The position numbers were made by a program, and so were the translations under genes. Below the pieces are notes generated by a model. The model searched no databases and was not told the DNA's origin. It was given only the letters and a program-made list of their open reading frames with translations. A DNA stretch of 64,000 bases from positions 109,060,001 to 109,124,000 of the forward strand of contig NC_086107.1 of assembly GCF_963921235.1 (NCBI RefSeq), given 5' to 3'. Source of the DNA: Mobula hypostoma (taxonomy: Eukaryota). Of this stretch, positions 38,452 to 50,557 are shown piece by piece. The first letter of the stretch is position 1. Every line of letters starts with the position of its first letter.

Positions 38452-39290
38452 TGGTGGTGGTGGGGTGGAGATACAACTTCACCAAAGGAGGTGGAAGGCG
38501 CTCCTTCCTTCTGCGAGCCTGCAGGTCACCCTTGGGCAAGGTGTATCACCTGCTTAGACCCACCCCTCCACCAATCAGGATCACATGAAGCCATAGGAGC
38601 TGATGGTGGATGGTCGTATGACCATCTGGGGTAGATCACAAGTCCTGGTTATGCGACCACTGACGCCAGGCAGACAATCTCTGAAGAGTATTGATAATGG
38701 CTGGGGTCACCCGTCTTGTAAAGACACCGTCCAGAAGGCAATGGCAAACTACTTCTATAGAAAAATTTGACAAGAACAATCACCAACTCTCCCAATCATC
38801 ATGAAGATCGAGAGGTGCACAAATTCGACTGGGCACCAGTGAAAGTCATGGCGTAAGCAAACACAGGGCATGCAGGAGAATTCTTCGAAGTGTGGTTTTC
38901 CGTAAACAATTCTATAAACAAACACATAGACCTTGATCCGATTTATGAGCTGATGTTGGCAAAATTCCAGACCACAGCGCACAAAGTTCGCCACACAGCC
39001 AGTCAGCGACGGGATTTCCTCCCCACATCGCAACTCAGTTTCTGTAATGACGACCAGTCAGCTGGTTGATAAGTACAGAAAGGCCAAGCATTCGGAGGAC
39101 AAATGACAATTTTATCAGCACACTGATCAGCACTCCTCGTATGGTGACGATATGTTTGCCAAGTAAGTTGCCAAGATCGGAGAACAACTCATCCCAGCCG
39201 TCGAACACCCAAGCCACACGTTTTCCAAGTTATTGCCAAAGGACAGTCATGGTCAAAAGACCATGATCACCCACATATCGCGACAAAGTA
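38452..39290 (+). mobile_element. RTE/BovB-related SINE split by a Penelope insertion
   Basis: AAGGCAATGGCAAACTACTTCT tail resembles BovB/RTE-type 3' ends. Related pieces at ~7130-7290, 12600-12650 and 17700-17870. Confidence 0.55.
38783..39232 (+). mobile_element. Second Penelope family (Poseidon-type) 3' fragment
   Basis: Degenerate A.EFFEVWFS.NNSINKHIDLDPIY (GIY-YIG C-terminus). Decayed hammerhead-like CTGATCA..CAC/GTG..GATATGTT at ~39118-39160. Confidence 0.6.
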
Positions 39291-39699
39291 CATATCGATG
39301 GTGACTGATGCACGCTCTCCAGTGTTACCGTGAAAGAGATTGTCAGAATGCAAACATCAATCAAAAATACGGGCAGAAAGAGCTCGCGATATTTTGCCAA
39401 CGGATGATCTACCTCATTATGACCTTGCATCTCATCGTCTGCCTCCACTTTTGTGGTAACTATAACACTTTATTCCACATGCTTGCTTTTCCCTTCTACT
39501 GCCTCAACGCACTGCATCATGAATTGATTTGTATGAACAGTATGCAAAAGCAGCTTTTCACTGTATCTTGGGACATGTGACAATAACAAACCAAAACCAA
39601 ATCCATTATTTGCATCTTTAAAACATGCCAAGTATCACCACAGGAGTTTTACCAAACATGAAAACAGAGAAACTCAGCACAGAGGATTTTATAAACCAG

Positions 39700-40912
39700 G
39701 AAACTCTGCAGCTGGTGGAAATCAGGTGGCATCTGTGATAATGAATAGACAGTCGACATTTCGGGCCAAGAGCCATCTTCAGGACTGAGAAGGAATGGGG
39801 AAGATGCCAGAATCAATAGGTGGGGGCAAGGGGAAGGAGGCTAGCTGGAAGGTGATGGGTGAAGCCAGATGGGTGGGAAGGGTCAAGGGCTGGAGAAGAA
39901 GGAATCTGATAGGAGAGGAGAGGGGACCATAGGAGAAAGGTAGCCTCCAACCTGATAGCATGCATATTGATTTCTCCTTCCAGTAAACAAAATTACCGCC
40001 CCCTCCTCTATTCCCGACTCTGACCTTTTACCTCTTCTTACCTGTCAAGGCGGGAGGACAGAGAGCAGCGCGCCGCATGCGTGCAGCCTCCTGGTGAAAA
40101 TGATATCGTATCTGTTAAATAGGGGCCGTGGACAATTCTGATTTGATGGAGACGGATGTGAAAGCACAGAGGAACATCTGGAGAAATTTCTGAAACGCTG
40201 CTGCTGTTCGCTGCGCAATCAAGAATCTTCCGGAGGGAAGGCCTCAAAATCCCCGGCTTTGCCTGCTGCTGGCGACCGAGATGGATGTCGAATCGTTCGG
40301 ATAGAGATGGTGCTCGGTACTCGGTACTCGGTGTCGGAGAGCTGATCGGAGGCTTGAAGTTTTCGGACGAATCAGAGTCGGACTGTGGTCGGGCATGGCA
40401 GGGAGAGTTTTCTTCCTTCTCCCGTCTGCGTGAGATGTGGGACATTTAACAGACTTTGAACTTTATACTGTGCTCATAGACTGTTCTTCATCAAGTTATG
40501 GTATTGTTGCACTGTTGTAACTATATGTTATAATTATGTGGTTTTGTTAGTTTTTTCAGTCTTCGTCTGTCCTGCGTTTTGTGATATCACACCGGAGGAA
40601 GTATTGTATCATTTCTTAATGCATGCATTACTAAATGACAATAAAAGAGGACTGCGTGTCTTCATAATCTAATCATCTCTTCCTGGGTCCTCTCCTCCTT
40701 CCCTTTCTCCTGAGGTCCACTCTCCTCCCCTATCAGATTCCTTCTCCACCTGGATTCACCTATCACCTTCTACTTTGTCCTCCATCCCCTCCCCCATACC
40801 TTTTTATTCTGGCATCCTCCCCCTTTCTTCTCAGTCCTGAAGAAGGGTCTCAGCCCAAAATGTCAACTATCTATTCATTTCCATAGACGCTGCCTGACCT
40901 GCTGAGTTCCTC
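39700..40912. mobile_element. Inverted Penelope pLTR pair with a nested 650-bp retroposon (40030-40672)
   Basis: Hammerhead-like motifs at 39750-39787 (-) and 40832-40869 (+). The nested element is the plus-strand relative of 4735-5385. Confidence 0.75.
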
Positions 40913-43900
40913 AATTATTCAATAGTTAAATGGTTCCATTTAATATCAGAAAACGTCTGCAGTATACAACCTGAAATTCTTACTCTTCACAGACAACCAC
41001 GGAACAGAACAAAACCCTGCAGAATAAATGACAGAAAACATTAGAACCCTAAAGCCTCCCCTCCCCTCTCATGTACAAGCAGCAGCAAAGCATCAATTCT
41101 CCCCGCTCGCCCTCCTCCAATTGTTCCAGCGGAAAGCATCAGCCCCCCGCCCCACCGTCCACCATGCAAGCAACAGTGAAAGCCCCCAAAAAGTCCGTGA
41201 TCTAGAGTCCATCAAAAGTCACAGTCCATAACCCAGCACTTCAACATGCCACAGGCTCTCCTCTAATGAGAGAGAATATCACTCCTTCCACAGTGAGGGG
41301 GGGCCAACGGTTCACTGTTCCAGTGCTATAGTCAAGTTTCTCCGACTCGAGGATCGGCAGCGAGTTCTCTCCCGCCCTCGATCCTCCGGCAGCTGCACCC
41401 GCAGCCTCGACGTTCCGATCTCCCGCGACGCTCCAGCCGGTGACGAGGAGTCTGGTCGTCCGCAGGGCCGCGCCCCGAAGAAGCCTGTCTCCCAGGCCGC
41501 CCCTGAGAATACCGAAAATGCTAGGCCGCTCAGCGAGCTCCAAGACTGGGGGCCCACTGCCGTGAAAAATTGTCTTACAGAGGGTTTCTTTTGTAAATGT
41601 CAGAACCTTTAGAGAGAGAGAAGGGGAGGCATCAGGGTTTAGGGAAGGATCCGTACGGCCCAGGGAGTCAAGAGGATGGCTACTAGTGATGGGATGGTTA
41701 TACTGTCAGACCATTCGGCTCAGAGGCTGTGCACCCATCTGCACTAATCTCACCTTATAACCCCCCTCCTCCACCACCAATATTCCAAATTCTATCAGTC
41801 GCCCAATCTAAAGGGAACTTATAGCGGCAGATCAACCTACCGTTCAGGCATAGGAGCACCAGACGGAACCTACACTGCCACAGGGAGAACGTGGAAACTC
41901 CACACAGACAGCGCCAGAGGTCGGGATCGAACCGGGGTCGCTGACGCTGTGCAGCGATGGCTCTGCCAGCGGTACCACTGTGGCCCAGCTCCAAGGGAAG
42001 ACAGCGGGAGGGGGCAGCGTGGAAGCTGCAAGGCATCGGACTGCAAGACCTGACAGAGTACGGCAAAAAGCCACCAAGGGGATCATCAGGGTCTCCCGCC
42101 CCACTATCAGTGACATTTACTGCGAATGTTTATACGAAGCATTGTTGAGGATCTCTACCAACCATCCCATAATCTCTCTGACCCATTACCATCAGGAAGG
42201 AGGTACAGGAGCATCTAGGACTGCCAGACTGGGTAACAGCTTCTTCCCTCAGGCTGTGAGGTAACGAATACCCAGCCACCACCGAGGTCTCACCTCGAGG
42301 ACAGCGAGCTATTTACTGTTTGGTGCTCACCCATTCTGCACACTTTGTGTGCATTTTGAATGATATTTTATTAACTTACTTGTGGTAATATTTTGTTTTA
42401 GGTAACACACACAGAATGCTGGCGGAACTGAGCGAGACAGACAGCGCGGGTCCTGATGCAGGGCCTCGGCCCGAAACGTCGACTGGTTATTCATTGCCAT
42501 AGATGCTGCCTGACCTGCTGAGTTCCCGCTGCATTTTGTGTGTTCTGTTTTTAAGTGCTGCATGTGGGTGCACCGTGATCAGGAGGAAAAATGTTTCATA
42601 TGTGTACAGTCAGATTCAAAGATTCAAAGTACATTTATTATCAGAGAATGTATAAATTATACAACCTTGAGATTTGTTTGCTTACAAACAGCCACAAAGC
42701 AAGAAACCTGAAAGAACCCGAATAAAGAAGAAAGAAAAATGATACCCGATGCACAAGAGAAAGTAAAAGAATGCAGATCAACAACATTCTGAACCAAATT
42801 GATTCATCAGATCCGAACCCCGGGATGCCCGGAGTAGGCCCAAAGCCTTGGTATCAGTTCATCACATTAGCGGGCACGGAGCACAGCAGCTGGGGCAGTC
42901 TTCGTAGCCTCAGTGCCATGGAGAGAGGAGTGACCATCACGGAGAGCGAGTGAAATTGGCTCTCGCCTCGGATCTCAACACCTTGCCTTTTCAATCTACC
43001 TGTGCCTGTGTTTAAATTGATCCAACCACGGAACAGCGAAAGGCTCCCGCACCCTAGAGAGAGGAGTGAACATCACGGACAGCGAGCAAAATCAGCTCTC
43101 ATCTCCGATCTGGGCCGGCATATAAATCGTGTAAACAGCGGATCCTACATTGCCCTAGGACCCGGCTACTGTGAAGGGTTCGGGGCCTAGACCACACCAC
43201 CCAGCAACATGCTCCGGGCCCAGATTTCGCCACCCAGCCCAAAGCCGCTCTCAAGCTCTTCAAATCAGCTTGGCATCCAGAGTGATCCAACTTCACACTG
43301 GGGCCAGTTGAAAAGGCATCGAATCTCCTCTGCCCTAACTTCTCCTCGGCACCCAGTCCAGTTGTACGGGTCTCGAATCCCCTCTGACCCGGCCCCGACT
43401 TCTCCTCTCTGAATGGCTCACTCGATCTGCATTGATTCTGCCACACGCCATCTCGGCTCAGCAATAATTTAACTTTAATCTAAAGCCGATAATTTAACTA
43501 GAAGACAATAAACTTGAATGTTGACCTTGAGAAGTCCCCCCCTGAGACACTGGCACAACAGGAACTTCAGGTCTGGGGCTTAAGGCAAGTGAGAAAAAAA
43601 AACAGGAGCAAGCAGAGGATAAGAGAGAAGTTCTGCCGTTTCAAAATTGAGATTATTCAGTGAAGCGAGCCCAATGGAAACAGGAAATGCAAACAAGGTG
43701 GATAATTTTAGAGTGTGAAGTGCAGCAACTTCTGTAACCTGGGTCAAGTGAGAGAGAGTTCGGTCCATCAGAATACATGTCGCAGCTCCTCCATCTCCAG
43801 CCAGCTCTCGATCTATTGGCAGATGACCAACTTTGACCGGCCTTATTTCCAGCCATTACGCGACAGCCCATAGAGGAGAAGTTGACACCCTGACACAGTG

Positions 43901-45423
43901 GTGCAAGATAACAACCTCTCCCGCACGGTCCAAAAAACAAGAGAGCTGATGGTGGATTACAGGAGGAACGGAGACAGTCTCGGCCCGATCAACGTCAATG
44001 GGTCTGCAGTTGAGAGGGCGAGTAGTTTCAAGTTCCTCGGTGTACACGTCACCAAAGATCTCACCTGGACTGTAAAACACTGGCTGTGAGGCAAAAATTA
44101 TTCGACCTCTCCCCGGCCGCTGAAACACGCAAAGCCGAGGATTTCGGGGCCTTCAGCTCCGGAGATTCCGGTTACCACACAGTAGCAGCGGCAGCGAAGC
44201 GGGCATTTCAGAAGTTTTCCGGATGTTCCTCCGTACTCTCACGTCTGTCTCCATCAAATCAGAATTGTGCACGGTCCCCTACTGGACAGATAACAGACAT
44301 CATCACCGAAGTGGCCGCGCACACTGCCGTCGCACTGCCATCTTCTCCCCCCTCCTTCCAACTTGATGCCAGAAATCCAGACCAAAGCACACAAAACACT
44401 GGAGGAACACAACAGGTCAGGCAGCATCTATGGAGAGGAATAAATAGTCGGCGTTTCAGTCCGGGACTCTTCATCAGCACTGGGCCTCAGCCCAAAACGC
44501 AACTGTTTATTTCCTTCCATAGAGGCAGCCGGACTTCCTAAGTTCCTCCAGAATTTTGAGTGTCTTGCTGCCCGTAAGGAGTTTGTATGTTCACCCCGTG
44601 ACCACATGGGTTTCCTCCGGGTGCTCCGGTTTCCTCCCACCATCCAAAGGGCGTATGGGCTCGTTGTCGTCGTGCGACGCCAGTGCCAGATAGATGGCAA
44701 CACTTGCGGGCTGCCCCCACCCCCAGCACATCCTCAGACTGTGCTGTCGCTGACGCAAAACGGCGCATTTCACAACGTTTCCATGGACACGTGGCAAATA
44801 AAGCTAATCTTTAACATGAGAAGTTAATGATTTTATTAGATCAAAGAAATGTTGTCAAGAGCAACATTCAAAATGCCGTGTTAGGGATAGTGGTGGGAAC
44901 GGATATAGCAGCAGTGATGTTCAAGAGGCTGTTAGATAGACAAGTGAATATGCTGGGACTGGAGGCATGTCGATCATGTGCAGAAAGAAGAGATTTTGTT
45001 TAACCTGGCATCAAGTGGGCAGAGTTAAAACAGCGTTGTGGCTGCCTGTTTGAGCTCATCTGCGAAAAGCAGCTTAATTTCTCTCTTTAAAATCTATTTT
45101 TTTTTCCTCCTCAAGGTGGCTGGGGGTTCTATCGAAGCCCTAATCTGCAAGTGGCACTCAAACTGCGTCTTTTTACAGCGGATGAGTCTCCTGCTCTCCG
45201 GCCGTCTCGGAAAATGGCACTCCGGGGTGCAGCCCTGTGGATGACTGATTCCAGGCTGGTGTCGTCGATGGAGGCGCCGCGGGAGATGAAGCGTCAGGAT
45301 TTCACTGCGAAAGATGTACGGAAAAGCGACGCGGCAGGCTGTATCATCGTAACAGCGATTGTCAGTCTCCCCTTTCGCTGGGAAATGGGTGTAATCTCTC
45401 TGTCCCTTGTTAATGAGAGAGAG

Positions 45424-45936
45424 CAGACATCCCACCTCTCCCAAAAGTTCCGGGAGTCTCCTGCATATTGATGGTGGCTCCCTGATGCACGCAAATTATA
45501 TACAATATCCCGGAAATCGATTTTTTTGAGAGCGAGCGAGAGAGAGAGCAAGAGAGAGCACTGAAGAGAGTGAGAGAGATGCCATGGCAGAGTGTTCTAA
45601 AAAAAGAAAATATAAAACGTACGTCACCCCAGACTACATTAAAGTGTACCCCTGCCTAATAGGGGTCAAAAATAATGACAGCGTTGCTCGTTGCACTGTT
45701 TGCAACAGTGACTTTTCTATCGCCCATGGTGGGTTAAGACTGTAAAAGACATGTTGAGGTGAGTTTAACAGGTGTCATTCATTCATTTGCATAGCTAATG
45801 TTATTTAAACTAGCTGGCCAGCTGATCAGGAGCTACTCTATTGCAGACATCCCACCTCTCCCGGAAGTTCCGGGAGTCTCCCGCAAATTGATGGTGCTAC
45901 CTCCCTGAAATGAGTTTTTGCAGGGTGGGATGTCTG
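45424..45936 (+). mobile_element. hAT-like non-autonomous DNA transposon, copy 2
   Basis: 13-bp TIR CAGACATCCCACC / GGTGGGATGTCTG; 8-bp TSD AGAGAGAG (45416-45423, 45937-45944), though this is low-complexity sequence. Confidence 0.88.
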
Positions 45937-47311
45937 AGAGAGAGCCTGTGGCATGTCGAAATGTCGGGTAAACAACAGTATTTGTTGACTGCAGATCATG
46001 GTCTCTCTCTGCGTGCTTTACTGTTTCTTGGTGGGTGGTGGATGCGGACGCATTTTTGCTGAAATGAGTGGGGGAACCGGAGGGTGATGCTTTGCTGCTG
46101 CTTGGGCAGGGGAGGGGGGAAAGGGGGGAGCTTTGGGGTGGGGATCTAACATTTTATTGTTGCTCATTCTTTTGGGTTCTTTTGTTATTTGTGGATTTCT
46201 TTGTAAACAAGTATTTCAGGTTGTATACTGAATCGAACAGACTTTCTTACTTACATCCTTCACAGACATGAGGAGAACTTGAGGTACTGTCCCAGGACAG
46301 ACGACAGCGAGCTGCTGCCAGAGGCCTATGCCCCGGCAGGGCTGATGGGCTGAAGGGATGTGGGGTGGACACAGGAATGTAGGATGAGGGTAAAGGATCG
46401 ACCGGACAGAATTCTCCTGTTCCCAAGAGTGGAATCAGGATCACGCTTTTAAAATCTCAGCCCTCCCACAGCGCAGCGTTTTGCTTTGGCGCTGCACTGT
46501 GAGTGTCAGCCAGGACACATTCCTACCTTGGTCTCCGGAATGGAGTCTGAACCCAACAACTTTCTGATTCGGGGGGGAAGTTTCCAGCCCCGTGAGGAGC
46601 AAAGATGGACTGTGACATAGCTGCGCCCTGCTCACCCAATCGCACCGCAGAGCAAAAGCCCCAGCCCCTCAGTCATCTGAAGAGCGGAACGATCTTGTCG
46701 AAGAGCTCATGAATATCTATTCAAATCACAACATGCTTCTGCAGAACCAGAAGCAGATGGTTCATTTAAAATACAGGATTTATTATTTTTAAAGCTGAAT
46801 CATCATACAGCTAACCCAGAACAATTTATAAATGTGAAATGGAATATTTCACCGACTGTCAAATGATACGAAAGCACTTTATATTATCAACTGCTCCAAA
46901 ATAACCACCAACTCCAAGGTATGACTTAGAAATTGAAAGCAGGTGCTCAGGTGATTTAAGGCTAATATGTAGTGTATCTTTTAACTGGGAAAGTGAAACT
47001 CATTTTGAGTTTCATTTAGATATCCAATTCCGACCTGACACTCAACTCGTATTAAGTCACAACCCAGTCTCCTTCCTGAAATCAGATCTCAGACAGTCAA
47101 TGCAAAAGAGACGTCCCATTATAAGGTCATTACTCTGGTGTCAGTTTTCCAAACGTCTGGCTGTTGATGGACAGCTGGAGGTGGGGATGCGCATTACTTC
47201 AAGGGAAATATTAATATTTGTTTGGAGAAAAAAAACAGCAGAGTGGAAGTTACACGTGGCCGTGGTGGAGTTACCGCAGTGTACATTCCGCATCAGAAAC
47301 TTGAACCTACT

Positions 47312-47828
47312 TTCAGCGGCCACTTTATTAGGTACACTTGTACACCTGTTCGTTAATGCAAATATCTAATCAGCCAATCATGTGGCAGCATCTCAGTGCA
47401 TGCAGACATGGTCAAGAGATTCAGTTGTTGTTCAGACCAGACATCAGACTGGGGAATAATTGTGATCTAAGTGACTTTGACTGTTGAATGATTGTTGGTG
47501 CCAGATGGGGAGGTTTGAGTATCTCAGAAACTGCTGATCTCCTGGGATTTTCACACACAACAGTCTCCAGAGTTTACAGGGAAAGGTGTGAAAAACAAAA
47601 AAAAAAATCCAGCGAGCAATTCTGCGGGTGAAAATACCTTGTTAATGAGAGCACTCAGAGGAGAATGGCCAAACTGGTTCAAGCTGACAGGAAGGTGACA
47701 GCAACTCAAATAGCCACGCGTTACAACAGCGGTGTGCGGAAGAGCATCTCCGAATGCACATTTCGAACCTTGAAGTGGATGGGCTACAGCAGCAGAAGAC
47801 CATGAACCAATACTCAGTGGCCACTAAG
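47312..47828 (+). mobile_element. Tc1 non-autonomous element
   Basis: CAGCGGCCACTTTATTAGGTACAC start; same body as 9454-10010. Confidence 0.85.
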
Positions 47829-48054
47829 TGCATAATCTATACAGACAAGGCAATGCAGAGGGAGTGCGGCATTGGCTGAAACTGTTCCCATCTCAGGCAG
47901 ACTCAAAACATAGAACAGTTCAGCAAAGGAACAAGCCCCTCAGCTCACATTTTTGTTCCAAAGTAATTGATTAACCAATCAATTGTATCAATCTGTTGTA
48001 TCCTTGAACTGCATGAAGAAATCTGTGCAAGAGAGGGTTTAAAGTGGGAAAGCC

Positions 48055-48705
48055 CTAGAGAGAGTGTGCAGAGGAGATTTACAAGGATGTTGCTTGGATT
48101 GGGGGGCATGCCTTATGAGAATAGGTTGAATGAACTTGACCTTTTCACCTTGGAGCGACGGAGGATGAGAGGTGACCTGATAGAGGTGTATAAGATGATG
48201 AGGGGCATTGATCATGTGGATAGCCAGAGGCTTTTTCCCAGGGCTGAAATGGCTAATACGAGGGGGGGCATAGTTTTAAGGTGCTTGGAAATACGTACTG
48301 AGGGGACGGCAGGGGTAAGTTTTTCACAGAGAGTGGTGGCTGCGTGGAATGCATTACCGGCGACGGTGGTGGAAGCGGATACAATACGGTCTTTTAAGAG
48401 TCTCTTAAATAGGTACATGGAGCTTAGAAAAATGGAGGGTTATAGTCATAGTCATAGAAACATAGAAAATAGGTGCAGGAGTAGGCCATTCGGCCCTTCG
48501 AGCCTGCACCGCCATTTATTATGATCATGGCTGATCCTCCAACTCAGAACCCCGCCCCAGTCATAGTCATACTTTATTGATCCCGGGGGAAATTAAAAGC
48601 TTATGCGCTAAGGAAATTCTAGACCGTTTCTAAAGTATGTTACATGGTCGGCACAACATTGTGGGCGGAAGGGCCTGTAATGTGCTGTAGGTTTCTATGT
48701 TCCAT
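48055..48705 (+). mobile_element. CR1 3' fragment containing two nested retroposon tails
   Basis: ESVQRRFTRMLLGL..MPYENRL...RGDLIEVYK...FSQRVVAAWNALP. A young CR1 tail on the minus strand at 48457-48558 has TSD AGTCATAGTCATA. Confidence 0.85.
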
Positions 48706-49028
48706 GTTCTATGAACTGAAGTGCACAAAGAAAGTCCGAGACCCATAGTGCCATGCAGAGCCAAGGGAACGTCGTGGAGCAGTGATCTGAACCAGCCAGT
48801 CTCTCGCTTTGGGCCCCAGCACCCTGACCTGTTCAATCTGGCCCGGCACCTAAATTGCCGTCCAAACATCGGGTTCTGTTGCTTCAATATGCTCTGGGGC
48901 CACGACCCCGCCACCTAGATTTGGCCTGTGGCAGACCTGTCCGCACGGCGCTTAAATCTCCGTCCAAGCACCAACACCCCTGGAAAAGAAACTTACCTGG
49001 AGAAGCATTATTTAAAAGCTTATTTACA

Positions 49029-49339
49029 GGCACGTGGCCAAGTGGTTAAGGCATTAGACTAGTGACCTGAAGGTTGTGAGTTCGAGCCCCAGCCGAGGCA
49101 ACGTGTTGTGTCCTTGAGCAAGGCACTTAACCACACATTGCTCTGCGACGACACTGGTGCCAAGCTGTATGGGTCCTAATGCCCTTCCCTTGGACAACAT
49201 CGGTGTCGTGGAGAGGGGAGACTTGCAGCATGGGCAACTGCTGGTCTTCCATACAATCTTTCCCAGGCCTGCGCCCTGGAGAGTGAAGACTTTCCAGGCA
49301 CAGATCCAGGGTCTCGCAAGACTAATGGATGCCTTTTTT
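49029..49339 (+). mobile_element. tRNA-derived CORE-like SINE, long-tail subtype
   Basis: A and B boxes; TSD TTATTTACAGG at 49020-49030 and 49340-49350. Confidence 0.88.
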
Positions 49340-50057
49340 TTATTTACAGGATGGAAACAAAGTGGCCATTTAATGACAGTGTCTAACCATCCTTGAGAAG
49401 GTGGGGTTGAGCTTCCTTCTTCAACACCTGCCATTCCTCTGATACGGCAGTTCCCTCAGTGTTAGGAGTTCAGCGTTCTGCACGAACAGCATCATATTCG
49501 CAAGTTTTGGGTTTAGAAATGAAGATCACCAAATCCACCGGCAAGTAAGGCAACAACACGGAGAACTGGAAGTGGAGAGGGTCAGCCACTTTAAATTGCT
49601 GGGTGTTACTATTTCAGAGGATCGGTCCTGGGCCCAGCACGTAATTGCAATTCTGAAGAAAGCACGGCAGCATCTCTACTTCCTTATGAATCCGCGGAGA
49701 TTCGGCATGACATCCAAAACTTCGACAAACTTCTGTCACTGTGTGGTGGAGAGTTTATTGACTGGCCACATCGCAGTCTGATAAGGAAACACCAATGCCT
49801 TTGAACAGAAAATCCTACAAGAAGTAGTGGATTTGGTCCGGTAAAGCCCTCCCAACCATTGAACACATCTACGTGAAACGCTGTCATAGGAAAGCAGCAT
49901 CCATCATCAGAGACCCTCGTCACCCTGACATGCTCTTTTCTCGTTTCTGCTGTCAGGTAGAAGGTACAGGAGCCTCAGGACTCACACCACCAGGTTCAAG
50001 AACAATTACTACCCCTCAACCACCAGACTCTTGAATAAAAGGGGATAACTACACTTA

Positions 50058-50557
50058 AACACAAAATAATCTGCAGATGCTCTTGTCAAAGGAACACTCA
50101 CAATGCGCTGGAGGAACTCAGCAGGTCAGTCAGCATCAGTTGAAAAGATTAGTCAATGTTTCGGGCCGAAACCCTTCGTCAGGACTGAAGGAAGAACTTT
50201 GGGGAGGGTTTGAAGAATGCTGGTAGTTGAAAAAAACAGTAATTTGAAAGACAAAGGGGTGGGGGAGGGGAAGCAGGGAGGTGATTGGCAGGAGAACAAT
50301 GCGCAGTAGTAGAAGGAGGCGGAACTATGAGGGAGGTGATGTGAAATAGGGATAGAGGAAGGGAGGGGGAGGGAATTACCGGAAGTTGGAGAATTCTATG
50401 TCCATACAAAGGGGCTGGAGACTACCTAGATGGTATTCTTCAAACCCTCCCCAAAGTTCTTCCTTCAGTCCTGACGAAGGGTTTCAGCCCGAAACGTCGA
50501 CTAATCTTTTCAACTGATGCTGACTGACCTGCTGAGTTCCTCCAGCGCATTGTGAGT
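50058..50557. mobile_element. Fold-back Penelope pLTR insertion
   Basis: 50095-50217 is the reverse complement of ~50436-50558. TSD GATAACTACACTTA (50044-50057) / GATAAATACACTTA (50558-50571). Confidence 0.88.
50466..50502 (+). ncRNA. Minimal type-I hammerhead ribozyme motif, best-preserved plus-strand copy
   Basis: CAGUC CUGACGA A GGG UUUCAG CCC GAAA CGUC GACU: all core residues present, palindromic ACGU stem III, predicted cut after C50498. Confidence 0.72.
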
